Source: Alphaproteobacteria bacterium
Lineage (GTDB): Bacteria; Pseudomonadota; Alphaproteobacteria; UBA828
DNA: 64,000 nt
Assembly (NCBI GenBank): GCA_965237415.1
Contig: CBDEFM010000002.1
Location: 800,001 to 864,000, forward strand
Reading direction: 5' to 3'
Shown here one piece after another: positions 18,055-27,700 of this stretch. The first letter of the stretch is position 1, and each line of letters begins with the position of its first letter. The notes beneath the pieces were generated by a model that saw nothing but the letters and a program-made list of their open reading frames with translations, was not told the DNA's origin and did not search any database. The position numbers and the translations under genes were made by a program.

Positions 18055-19414
18055 GGCCCGCTTCCGGCCCGAGGGTCTCCGGCCCGAGGGTCTCCGGCAC
18101 GAGTGTCTCCGGCACGAGTGTCTCCGGCCCGAGTGTCTCCGGCCCGAGGGTCTCCGGCCCCAGGGTCTCCCGGAGCCAGGCGTCCGCGTCGTCCACGTCG
18201 CCGACGCGCATGCCGACGGTGCCCTCGCGCGTGCGCCAGACGATCAGCGGCACCGCGTCGGCGCCCCAGGCGTCGAAGAGCGCGTTGTTGCGGGCGATTT
18301 TTTCTGCGCCGCGTCTGTCCGCCGGGCGTCGGGCATCCTCGAACCAGGCCAGCGCCGGGTCGGGGCTCGCGGCGACGCCGGCGGCCAGCCGCGCCGCATC
18401 GGCGCCGAGGATCCCCGTGTAGCCCGCCGGACAGGAGCCGCTCTTCGTCTCCTCATGCGTGGTCTCGCCGATCTCGGGCTCGGGCGGCGGCGGCAGGGCC
18501 TCGCCGGTCCAGCAGCTCGTCGACACGAACTGCGGCGGCCCCAGGCTCTCGCCGCCGGCCGTCACCGTCTTGAGACGCCGCCAGACCTCGCGGCCTTCCA
18601 TCCGCCGGTCGTGCGGCGGTCCTGCGTCCCAGTGGCAGGCCAGCGTGTAGTGCTCCCACTGGCTGTAGTCGGCCCGGCAGAGGTCGATCGACAGCTCCCA
18701 GGGGCCGAAGACCGGATCGCCGGCCCGGTTGCCGCGCCCGTCATGGGCCTGCGTCGCCTCGCGGATCAGGGTGCGGCCGGCGCCGTGCTCGCCGTCGGGG
18801 CAGGGCTCCTCCCGGGTCTCGCGCGTCACCCGGTCGGTCAGGTGCACGAAGGGATCGCGCACCCCGCCCGCGAGCGCCGCGCGGCCCGAGGGCAGGGGGC
18901 CGCCGGCCCCCGCCGCCGACAGGCAGGCGGGCAGCGTCACCCCGGCGCGCCCCGCGCCGCCGTGCGCCGTGCCGCTCTCCAGCCAGTGCAGCACCGGGCG
19001 ATCGCCGCCGTCATAGGCGTGCGGTGCGGCATGCACCGCCCGGTGGTCGGAGCCTGTGCCCTTCAGCGCCTCCGGCGCCAGGTAGACCAGCAGGGTGTCG
19101 TCGCAGTAGCGGGCCTCGAGCCCGCGCGCCGTCCACCCCGCCTGCCAGCCCGTCGCCGCCGGCGGCACGGCACCGGGCCACGACGTGGCAGCGCCCGACT
19201 CCTCGAGGATGAAGGTCTCCAGCCGGCGCCACGCCGCCTCGACCGCGCCTGCGTGAGCCAGCGCCTCCTGGCGGTAGACCCGCTCGTCCCCGGAAACCTG
19301 GCCGTGCGCCGTCGCCGCTGCGGCCAGCACCGTCACGCTGGCCCCTGCCAGCAGCCACACCTGCATCCAACCCCTGCGCCGGGGCGTCCCTCTATCCACC
19401 GTCGTCCGTTCCAT
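18047..19414 (-). CDS. Probable chimeric ORF: pilin-like/Cys-repeat adhesin N-terminus fused to a DsbG/TrbB-like C-terminal fragment
   Basis: Begins RRRG followed by a hydrophobic stretch (prepilin-like) and has Cys-spaced modules ending CPAGYTG. It then switches abruptly to ILG..AA.LAAG...DPALAW...IARNNALF..WG..AVP.IVW, a thioredoxin-fold tail with no CxxC. Confidence 0.55.
   Translation of the reverse strand: MERTTVDRGTPRRRGWMQVWLLAGASVTVLAAAATAHGQVSGDERVYRQEALAHAGAVEAAWRRLETFILEESGAATSWPGAVPPAATGWQAGWTARGLEARYCDDTLLVYLAPEALKGTGSDHRAVHAAPHAYDGGDRPVLHWLESGTAHGGAGRAGVTLPACLSAAGAGGPLPSGRAALAGGVRDPFVHLTDRVTRETREEPCPDGEHGAGRTLIREATQAHDGRGNRAGDPVFGPWELSIDLCRADYSQWEHYTLACHWDAGPPHDRRMEGREVWRRLKTVTAGGESLGPPQFVSTSCWTGEALPPPPEPEIGETTHEETKSGSCPAGYTGILGADAARLAAGVAASPDPALAWFEDARRPADRRGAEKIARNNALFDAWGADAVPLIVWRTREGTVGMRVGDVDDADAWLRETLGPETLGPETLGPETLVPETLVPETLGPETLGPEAGLE
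18063..18170. repeat. Seven tandem 15-bp repeats encoding ETL(G/V)P
   Basis: Units of TCCGGC(C/A)C(G/C)AG(G/T)GTC read directly from the sequence. Confidence 0.9.
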
Positions 19415-20804
19415 CGTCACCCTCCGTTCCTCCGATATGTCCGCTCGCGGCGCCCTCTCCCGGCGCCTCCCCGGAAACCACGCCGAGCGCACGGAGCTGC
19501 GATGCCGCGACCGTCACGGGCGCCGCCGGCCGGCCTTCCAGGCGCCATCCGCCCTCCGCCCCGCGCGTGAGCGCGGTGAGCTCCAGCCCGGCGATGCCGC
19601 CCGTGCGCGCAATGAGCCACGACAGCGGCCCGGGATCGTCGATCCGCACCGTCCATGCGCCCTTGGCGTCGCGGGCGTAGCCGAGCCGCGCGCCGCGCGC
19701 GCCGAGGACTCCGTCCACGGCCTTGCGCAGCGCGAGGAACGGCGGGACCGCTTCGTCCGCGATGCGCAGCACCGGCGCCAGCGGCGCCACGGCCCAGGCC
19801 CGCCCGTCGGCCACCGCGCCCGCGTGCCAGCGCGCGAGGTGGTTCTCGGCCAGGCGGCGCTGCATCGCCGCCGCATGGCCCGGCCGCAGGCGCCAGCGCA
19901 CCAGCAGCACCGGGCGGCCCGCGAGCTCGGGCCTGAGACCGGTCAGCTCGGGATCGGCGAAGCGGGCGGCGCAGGCGATGCGCTCGATCCGCCAGCCCGG
20001 CAGGAAGGGTGGACGCTCGATCAGCGCCCGCCGGCAGGCCGCGATCAGCGCGGCGCCGTCGACGGCCACCGCCGCCGTCGGCTCCGGGCGCAGCAGCGCC
20101 GGGCCCACCTCGGACACCGGCCCCGCGAGCCATTGCACGAGCGCGTCGCGCCCGAGCCAGGCCCCCGTGATGGCGGCCAGCACCGCCAGGCCGAGTGCGG
20201 CGGAGAGCCGCCGGCGTCCCTGCCGCCGTCCCGCCGCAGTCCGGCTCAGCTCGATCGCGGCGCCGGCCCGGGACGCGGCCTCGGCGATCGCCGCCGCATC
20301 CAGGGCCGCGATCTCCGTGCCGGGCGCGCGGAGCTCCGCCAACAGGCCCGGCGTCGCATGCAGCGCCCAGCCCAGCGCACGCGCGCGCTCGAAGGCCGCC
20401 AGCGCCGCCGCCCTGTCGTCGAAAACCTCGTCTCCGTCGGCCAGCACCGCCCCGCCTCTGGCTTTCACCAGCGCGTAGCGGCGCTGACCGCCGTCCGCCT
20501 CCCCCTCCACCAACGCCATCCAGAACTCGCCGTCGACATGATCGAGCAGCGCCAGCGCCAGCGCCGGCAGAGCCTCAGGCTCAAGACCTGCAAGGCCAAG
20601 ACCCTCAGGGCCAAGACCCGCAGGGCCGGCGCCCTCGGGAGCGTCCGCCCCGTCACCTGCCGCGAAGCCGGTGCGATCGCCGTGGTGCACGCACCAGGGC
20701 CGGCCCAGACGCCGCGCCGCGCGCGCGGTGGCGCCGGGGCCGACCCTGGCCAGCCAGTAGAGGCCCGCGGCAAAACGCCGGCCGCCGACGGCGATGACGC
20801 TCAC
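19392..20804 (-). CDS. pilO: Type IVb pilus accessory protein PilO-like
   Basis: I.VGGRRFAAGLYW start, P.LA..L, GAVL.DGD.VF, central TM, PGW.....C; directly downstream of pilN. Confidence 0.75.
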   Translation of the reverse strand: MSVIAVGGRRFAAGLYWLARVGPGATARAARRLGRPWCVHHGDRTGFAAGDGADAPEGAGPAGLGPEGLGLAGLEPEALPALALALLDHVDGEFWMALVEGEADGGQRRYALVKARGGAVLADGDEVFDDRAAALAAFERARALGWALHATPGLLAELRAPGTEIAALDAAAIAEAASRAGAAIELSRTAAGRRQGRRRLSAALGLAVLAAITGAWLGRDALVQWLAGPVSEVGPALLRPEPTAAVAVDGAALIAACRRALIERPPFLPGWRIERIACAARFADPELTGLRPELAGRPVLLVRWRLRPGHAAAMQRRLAENHLARWHAGAVADGRAWAVAPLAPVLRIADEAVPPFLALRKAVDGVLGARGARLGYARDAKGAWTVRIDDPGPLSWLIARTGGIAGLELTALTRGAEGGWRLEGRPAAPVTVAASQLRALGVVSGEAPGEGAASGHIGGTEGDDGTDDGG

Positions 20805-22429
20805 AACGCCTCTCCCGGGCTCTCGGAGAGGCCGAGCGGCGCGCCGACCGACGCCGTCACCAGCAGCACCTGCTCGTGCCGCGCCAGCGCTCCCCGGCGG
20901 GTGCCGCCGGGAAGCGGGAAGTCCTCGTGGAAGGTGCCGGAGCCTTCGGCCTCGGCGCGGGATCCCGAGAAGCCGCTCACCAGCAGGGTCTCGCCGCGCC
21001 CGATCTTCTGGCTCACCTGCACCGCCCGGCTGGCATAGGCCGGGAGCTGGATCGACCGCCCGCCGGATGAGAACTCCCGGAACACGGGGCGGTCGCGCAG
21101 GGACGCGAACAGCCGCACCAGCACCTCGCCGGGGCCGGTGATACGCGGGATGTAGCTCATGGCGAAGCCCGACGAGACCGTGCCCGGCACCAGCTCGGTC
21201 TGGGCGATGCCGTCGCCCGCCGTGGTGCGGCTCTCCTTGAGATAGGCCTCCTTGAAGAGCTCGAAGAACTGCGCCGGCTTGCCGTTGAGCGAGGGGATGT
21301 CGGCCGAGAGCACCCGCGACACCGTGCCCGCCCGCGAGAGCGCCCGGACGGTCGCCGACAAGGTGTCGCCTACCGCCGCCGACGGCCTGATCAGCGCGAT
21401 CGACTCCGGCGACACCGCGAGCTCCGCCGACGACCCGAACAGCTCGGCCACCGCCGCCGCGATGCCGATCCCGTAATCCGCCTCGCGCTCGCGGCGCACC
21501 GAATAGACGTGCACCGAGAGCGTCACCGGGCGCAGCACCTCGCGGTTGAGCCAGGAGAGGAACGCGCGCACCCGCGCCACGTCGCCGGGCGTGCCGGTGA
21601 CCACGAGAGAGGCGCTCGACGGCGCCGCCGCCACCACAGCCCCCGGCCCGGCCAGCGCCCTGGTCTGCGCCTCGATCTCGGGCCAGGGGTCATAGTCGGT
21701 CTCGCTGGCGATCGACTGGCTGGTCGTCACCGCGCCGCCTTCCTCGCCGCCCTCCGCCCCATCGTCGGTCGAGGCCGACGCCGCGTAGCGCTGCCTCCCC
21801 GCAAGAGCATGGATGCGGAACGCCACCGAGCGCCGCCGCACGATCTCGATCTCTTCGCGGTCCTCGTCGTAGCGCCACTCGTAGCCGGCCGGCCGCGTCC
21901 AGGCGTCGAGCAGCGCGTCCAGCGGCCCGGTCCAGACCCCGCCTTCCGGCGAGAGCCGGTCGATCCCGGCCAGGGAGTCCCGGCGGGACGCGCCCGCGCC
22001 CTCCGCTGCCGGGCCGGTGAGGCGCACCGGCAGCCCCGTCGCCGCCTCGATGCGCCGCGCCAGCACCGCAGCCTCGGCGATCCCGGCGAGCGGCAGGGTC
22101 ACGGCATCGGCCTCGAGCAGCCGTGCCGGGAGCGCGCGCCGGGGCGCTTCCTCCAGACGCGCGAGCCCGAGCCAGGGGCGGCGCTCGACGACCCGGATCG
22201 CCGAGAAGCGGGGCGCCGGCGCCGCGTCTCTCAACGCCGCCACCCGGCGCGCCGCCTCCTCGGTCTCGCCGCGCGCGAGCTCCAGCGTCGCATCGCCGCA
22301 GCCCGCGAGCAGAGCGGCGGCGAACACGACCGCAGCCGCGCCTCCCGGCCCGATCCCCAAGTACCGCTCAAGTATCCGGAGGGCGATGGTCCGGCTCGCC
22401 CGAAACCCCAAGTAGCGCCGCGCCGTCAT
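20801..22429 (-). CDS. pilN: Type IVb pilus lipoprotein secretin, PilN/BfpB-like
   Basis: Lipobox LLAGC, W.GPL..LLD, LVVTGTP, LNGKPA.F......YL, LVPGTVSSGF.M...PRI, IQLP, GETLLVSGF. Confidence 0.85.
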   Translation of the reverse strand: MTARRYLGFRASRTIALRILERYLGIGPGGAAAVVFAAALLAGCGDATLELARGETEEAARRVAALRDAAPAPRFSAIRVVERRPWLGLARLEEAPRRALPARLLEADAVTLPLAGIAEAAVLARRIEAATGLPVRLTGPAAEGAGASRRDSLAGIDRLSPEGGVWTGPLDALLDAWTRPAGYEWRYDEDREEIEIVRRRSVAFRIHALAGRQRYAASASTDDGAEGGEEGGAVTTSQSIASETDYDPWPEIEAQTRALAGPGAVVAAAPSSASLVVTGTPGDVARVRAFLSWLNREVLRPVTLSVHVYSVRREREADYGIGIAAAVAELFGSSAELAVSPESIALIRPSAAVGDTLSATVRALSRAGTVSRVLSADIPSLNGKPAQFFELFKEAYLKESRTTAGDGIAQTELVPGTVSSGFAMSYIPRITGPGEVLVRLFASLRDRPVFREFSSGGRSIQLPAYASRAVQVSQKIGRGETLLVSGFSGSRAEAEGSGTFHEDFPLPGGTRRGALARHEQVLLVTASVGAPLGLSESPGEAL

Positions 22430-22916
22430 CCCGTCGGTGCCCCTGCACAAGCTGCGAAGGGGCGCAGGAAAGCCCTCGGTAGTCCGGCTGTCAACCCCAT
22501 TACATGAATGATATCAGGTACTTAGGGCGCTCTCTGACACCCTGTGGCAGCCTCCTGCGCTCTCCTGCGGCCTATGACACGTAGAAAATAAATTCGGCTT
22601 CTGCGCGTCGCCGGCCCGACGGCGCCGCGCCGCCCCGGCACCGGGTTTTTGAGATTCGTTCCAATGATGAGAGGGATAAGCTTTTTGCACTCAAGCATTT
22701 ACATCGAGAACGTCTTCTACGTTACGAAGAGCCCGTCCCCGGCAGCACGAACACTTGCACACGACGGACCGTAAACCCGGCCCCGCTGGCGTCCCGTGGT
22801 ACGCCTCGGCGCCACCCCTCCCATCGTGTCCCGCCGCACGGCCGGCACGGGCAGGCCGAGTCGCGGCATGACAGCGCAGCCGGCACCGCGGCCGTGCCCG
22901 CGACGGCTCGCCGCAA

Positions 22917-22954
22917 TCCCGGATCCCCACAGTCCCGGATCCCCACGGTCCCGG
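22917..22954. repeat. Tandem 16-bp repeat, about 2.4 copies
   Basis: TCCCGGATCCCCACAG TCCCGGATCCCCACGG TCCCGG, just downstream of the HTH gene. Confidence 0.8.
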
Positions 22955-22961
22955 CAGGCCG

Positions 22962-23165
22962 TCACGTGGCCTCGCCGATGAAGCGCTGCTTGCGCTCCGC
23001 CATCCAGCCGTCGAGGTCGACGATGTCGTAGATCACCTTGCGCCCCACCTTGCTGTAGGGCGGCCCGTCGCCGGTCTCCCGCATGCGGTGGAGCGTGCGC
23101 GGGCTTATGCGGAGATAGGCCGCGGCCTGCCTGGCATCGAGATAGCGCGGACTGGGCTCGCTCAT
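22962..23165 (-). CDS. Excisionase-type HTH (HTH_17, RdfS-like) protein
   Basis: RYLDARQAAAYLRISPRTL.RMR..GDGPPY.KVGRKVIY...DLD.W. Confidence 0.88.
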   Translation of the reverse strand: MSEPSPRYLDARQAAAYLRISPRTLHRMRETGDGPPYSKVGRKVIYDIVDLDGWMAERKQRFIGEAT

Positions 23166-23480
23166 GGCGGGGCTCCCCGGATCGGTTCCGACCGCAGTGA
23201 ACCACCGCGCCCGCCCGCAAGGCAGGGACGAACTGCGCCTCCCGCTGTCGTCCGCCCTGGAGCTGCCGGGAGATGCCCCGAGCTGCCATCCCCGGCCGCT
23301 CCCGGATCCGGTCGCCGCATTCCCATACGGGTTCGCTGCGCCGCGCCGCCTCTTGCCGGCGGCGGCCCATGCGGCGCCCGCTCTCTCGGGCGGGGACGAA
23401 CCGGGGAGCGCTGCGGGATGCCGCCGCACGAGACGCCCGGTCTCGAGGCGCGAGGCCGCGAACCGCGGCGCGCCCGTGTA

Positions 23481-24526
23481 TCACGCTCGCTGCGCCCCGC
23501 CGGCAACCGGGCTCTTGCGCGCCGCCATCCAGGCGTCGAGATCACGCACGTCGTAGATCACCCGCCGTCCCACCCTGATATGGCGCGGCCCCGCGCCCTC
23601 GGCACGCAGCCGGTCGAGCGTTCTCCGGCCGATACGGAGATAGGCCGCCGCCTCCCCCGCATCGAGATAGCGCCGGGCGATGCCGCCCGCGCCGCCCCCG
23701 GGCTCCGCGAACAGGCCCGCCTGCTCGGGCGGCCGGAACGACGCCTCCCGTCCGCCGTCCTCCCTCCGGCGCCGCGTCCGCGATCCGCGCCCATGCCTGC
23801 GATGCGCCGGCCCGCGGCCCCTCACCAGGTCGCGGTAGCCGCCGTTCATCAGGAGAAGGGAGGCGTCGGCGCGCCGCCGCACGACGCCGCGCTCAGGCGC
23901 ACCGTCGTGCCAGCCGGCCTCGATACGGGCCGCGCCGAAGAAGTCGACGGCGATCAGACGGGTGGACTTGCCTGCCAGCTTGCCGTCGAGGGCGAGCAGC
24001 AGCTCGCCCTCCAGAGCCCGGGGGACGGAGCGTCTCCCGCATCCGGTCCCGCCACGCTCGTCAGATCCTCGACGCGCGCGAGCTGCGTGCGCAGCGCCAG
24101 GTCATAGGGCAGGTAGAGCGCCAGCCCTCCCGCCGGGTCGAAGGCCGCGCCGTCCTCGATCCACACCTGCCCGGCGGCGTGGCCGCGCTCGACCCTGAGG
24201 ACCAGCGCGCCGTCCGTGAGCCGCAGCCCCGAGAGCGTCCCGCCCTCGCTCCGCACCAGCTCGGCGAAGGGCGGCGTCCCCTTGCGGCCCGCCACGCCCT
24301 CCAGCATCGGCAGGTCCGCCCAGAACGGCGACGCAGGGCCGTCCCCGGACAGCGGGTCCTCCCAGGCCAGCAGGCCCCACGACGCGGCTCCGAGGTCGGC
24401 CTCGCTCTGCGTGCGGATCGGGAAGGGCTCTCCCGCCAGGGGCGGAACCCCGGCGGCCTCCCTCCACCAATCCGCGATGTAGCCCGGGTGCCGCTTGAGG
24501 ATGCGCCAGGCGCTGACCGCGTCCAT
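23481..24526 (-). pseudogene. FseA-like activator (DUF6499 + DUF2285), split by a -1 frameshift and fused at its C-terminus to a second HTH_17 domain
   Basis: Frame 1 from 24526: AWRILKRHPGY..DW...WGLL..EDP. The -1 frame, open from 24101 to 23481, reads ALDGKLAGKSTRLIAVDFFG...W...RRR...LMNGGYRDLV, then RYLDAGEAAAYLRIGRRTL...DLDAW. Confidence 0.72.
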
Positions 24527-24770
24527 GGCCGTCTGCTCCCCCTTCACCGGCGTCCCCTCCGGATCGCCGACAGGGCGGGCTCCGTCCCCGTTGCGGGACC
24601 CCGGCCGTCCCCCGCCAGGCGACGTCCGAACGTCTCTCCGGCCCGAAGCGGGCCGGCCCGGAACGAACCGGGCGCAATACGCGCCCGTCGGGGTGGGGAC
24701 CTGCGCCCCCGGCGCGACGAAGGCGGCACCGTCATGCGTCGCCCGGCGCCATGGACCCGCCCTGTTTCCC

Positions 24771-27700
24771 CTACCAGCGCACCCCGGCGCGGAGCTGCAC
24801 GCCATGTCCGGCCGCGTCGTCGTTGGCGGGCTCGCGCCGCGTGCCCTCCAGCCCGAAGGAGAGGTCCGCCCCGAGCGTCCAGCGAACGCCCGTGCGCCAG
24901 GTGCGATCGCCCGCGTCCGAGAGCGCAAGCCCCGCGAACGGCGTCATCAGCCCGCGCCCGCCGAAGGCCCCGAGCCCGTAGCCGGCCTCGGCGTCGAGAC
25001 GGCCGGCCGGCTCGAAGCTGTCGTTCGCCGCCAGCCCCCGCGCATCGCCAAGCCCCCACAGCCGCTCGGCGCCGCCCGAGTCCGCGCCCCAGGCCGGCGA
25101 CAGGCTGAGCGAAAGACCGCGCCCCGTGGCTCCCGGGTCGAGGCGCACCGACGCGCTCGCGCCCCATTCCCTGTAGTCCGTGTCCTCGTGCGCAACGAGG
25201 CCCCGCGCCTTGCCCTCGACGGTGAGACCCGTCGCAGGGTCGGCATAGCTCACGCCGGCGCCGAGCTCGATGCCGGTCCCGGTCTCCGCATCGCCGCCGT
25301 CATGGCGCAGCCCGACCTCCAGCGACGGCGTCAACGCCTGACCGCCCGCCAGTTCGATGCGGTGCGAGCCTTCGAGGATGAAGCGCAGGCGGCTGGTCTG
25401 CGACTCGCTCGCCGCCAGCCTGCCGGCCCCGTCCGCGCCCGTCGCCGCGTCGGAGTTCATGCGCACGAGCCGGGCGTCGCCCCGCGCCGCGAGCTCGAAC
25501 CCGCCATGGTCCGCCGCCGACAGCAGCACGCCGCGCGCGCCCGCCGCCGCCATCCACATCTGCGTGTCGGTCTGCCAGGTCCTGCGCGGCTGGTCCTCCC
25601 CGGACGCGTCCACCGCGAGCGTGAGATCGCCCGTGCCGTAGCCGAGGATCCCCCAGAGCGAGAGCCGCTCGCTCACCGCAAGCCGTGCATAGGGATGCAC
25701 GCTCGTGAGCGTGCTCTCCAGGCTACCCGAGCCCCGGCCCGGGCGATCCCCATCGACATGATCGCGGTAGCCGCCCTCGCCGGTGCTGTGGGCCAGCGCC
25801 ACGCCGCCGAGCCAGCGCCCGCGCGCCGCGTCCGCGCCGAAGGTGAAGGTGGTCACGTCGCCGTCGACCGCGAGGCCGTCCGCCTCGCCGTCGAAGCTCG
25901 ACGCCGCCGCCCGGCCCCAGGCCGTCCATGCCGTGCCCGAGGCATTGGCGCCGTCGCCGCCGAGCGCGAGGACGAAGGAGCTCCCGAGCAGCAGCTCGCT
26001 CTCCGTCAGGCCCCGCGACTCGCGCCGCTTCGCCGCGTCCGCGCCGCCGCCGTCGCCCCACCGCGCCCAGGCCGTCCCGCGTTCGTTGGTGCCGCCCGAA
26101 ATCCGGTCCGCGAACGCCGCCAGGGTGTCAGCCGCCGCCGCGTTCTCCCGCGTATCGCTGCCGGCAGTGCCGCCGGAGGACGTGCCGTTGCCGGCGCCGC
26201 CCGGCACACCGTCCAGCGGGATCCGCTGCCCGCCCAGCGTCACCTGCGAGCCGCCACCCGCCGAGCCCTCGAGCCGCTCCGCGACGGCGTCCACGACATG
26301 GTCCGCCACCGTGCGCCCGAACCGCGCCAGCCACGCCTGCGGGATCGGGTCCGAGTTCACGATCGTCCCCGTCGCCTCGCCATCCCGGATCCGCGCACCC
26401 GTCGCGTTCGAGAGGGTGAGCGTCAGCGTCTCCTCGCCCTCGTCATGCGCGTCGTCGAGCACCGTCACCTTCACCGTCTTCCCCGTCTCGCCCGGATCGA
26501 AGGTCAGCGTGCCCGACGCCGCCGTGTAGTCCGCACCCGCCGTCGCCGTGCCGTCCGTCGTCGCGTAGTCCACCGCCACCGTCCCGGCCGCCGCCCGGTT
26601 GAGCGTCACCTGGAACGCCAGCACCGCGTTCGGAGCCTCGTCGATGCGGGCATCCGCAACGCTGAGCGCCAGCGGACCCGGCACCGTCGCCACCGCCGTG
26701 TTCGCCAGAACCTTGTTGTCCGCCGTGCAAATCGCGCCCTCGGTGCCGCAGGTCCGGCCGCCCGCCAGCATCACCCTCACATCGTCCCAACCCTCGGGCT
26801 CGATATGGATCTCGCGCAGGTCGTTCCGACCGTCGACGCGCCGCGCCTTGTCCACCTTACCCCCCGTCACCGCGAAGGACTCGTCGCGCAGCACCTTGTA
26901 GCTCACCCGCGGCTCCAGGCTGAACCGCACCCGGAACGTGAACGGGCTCGACCCGTCATGCTCGGCCGGCACGTCCTCGAAGCTCGCCGTCAGCGCATCC
27001 GGATCCACCGCCTCGCTCGCCGCCACCGTGAACGACACCGCGAGCGTCCCGAGCGCCGCGCCGCCGCCATCGGCCTCCGGATACGCCGTCGCCGTCAGCG
27101 TGTAGGACCCCGCCGGCAGGCCTTCGCCCGAGACCGTGCCGTCCTCGTCCCCGTAGAGCGAGAACGGCGCCGCGTTGTCGGTCGTCGTGACCGTCTTCGC
27201 GCCCGACAGCGCCAGGCGCACGCTGCCGACCCCGGCATCCGCCGCAACAGCCACCACGATCCCGTAGCTGCCATTCGCCGGATCGGCCAGCGTCACCGAC
27301 GCCTCGTCGCCAAGCGCAGACACGTCCGTGCCGTCCCCGGCATCCACCAGCGTGAACCCCGTCAGCGCGACCGTCGGCGTCTCCGTGTCCGGCTCCGCCG
27401 CCTCCCCGATCCCCGGATGCGCGAGGTCCGCGTCGCGCCCCCCCGCATCCCGGATCGTGCCGCCGTTCAGCGCCAGGCTGTCCGCCGTCACCGACGCCGC
27501 CGACACCGTCCCGTCATCGGCCGTCACCGTGTAGGAGAACACCGCCAGCGTGCCCGTGCCCGAGCCGCTTGCATACGCCGCCCGGCGCGCCGTCCCGTCG
27601 AGCCCGATCCCGACCGTGGGCGTGCCGCCGTCGGCCGCCACCGTCACCGGCTCCGAGAACGCGAGCATCACCCGCACCGTGTCCCCGTCCGCCCAGGTCC

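Noticed and set aside
18047-22429. Shufflon (PilV tip inversion system) accompanying the type IVb pilus genes
   Set aside because: No Rci-like recombinase, sfx-like repeats or inverted alternative C-terminal cassettes are visible.
23200-24730. Repeated GACGAA hexamers as FseA-binding boxes
   Set aside because: I could not find a convincing inverted pair with consistent spacing; may be chance.
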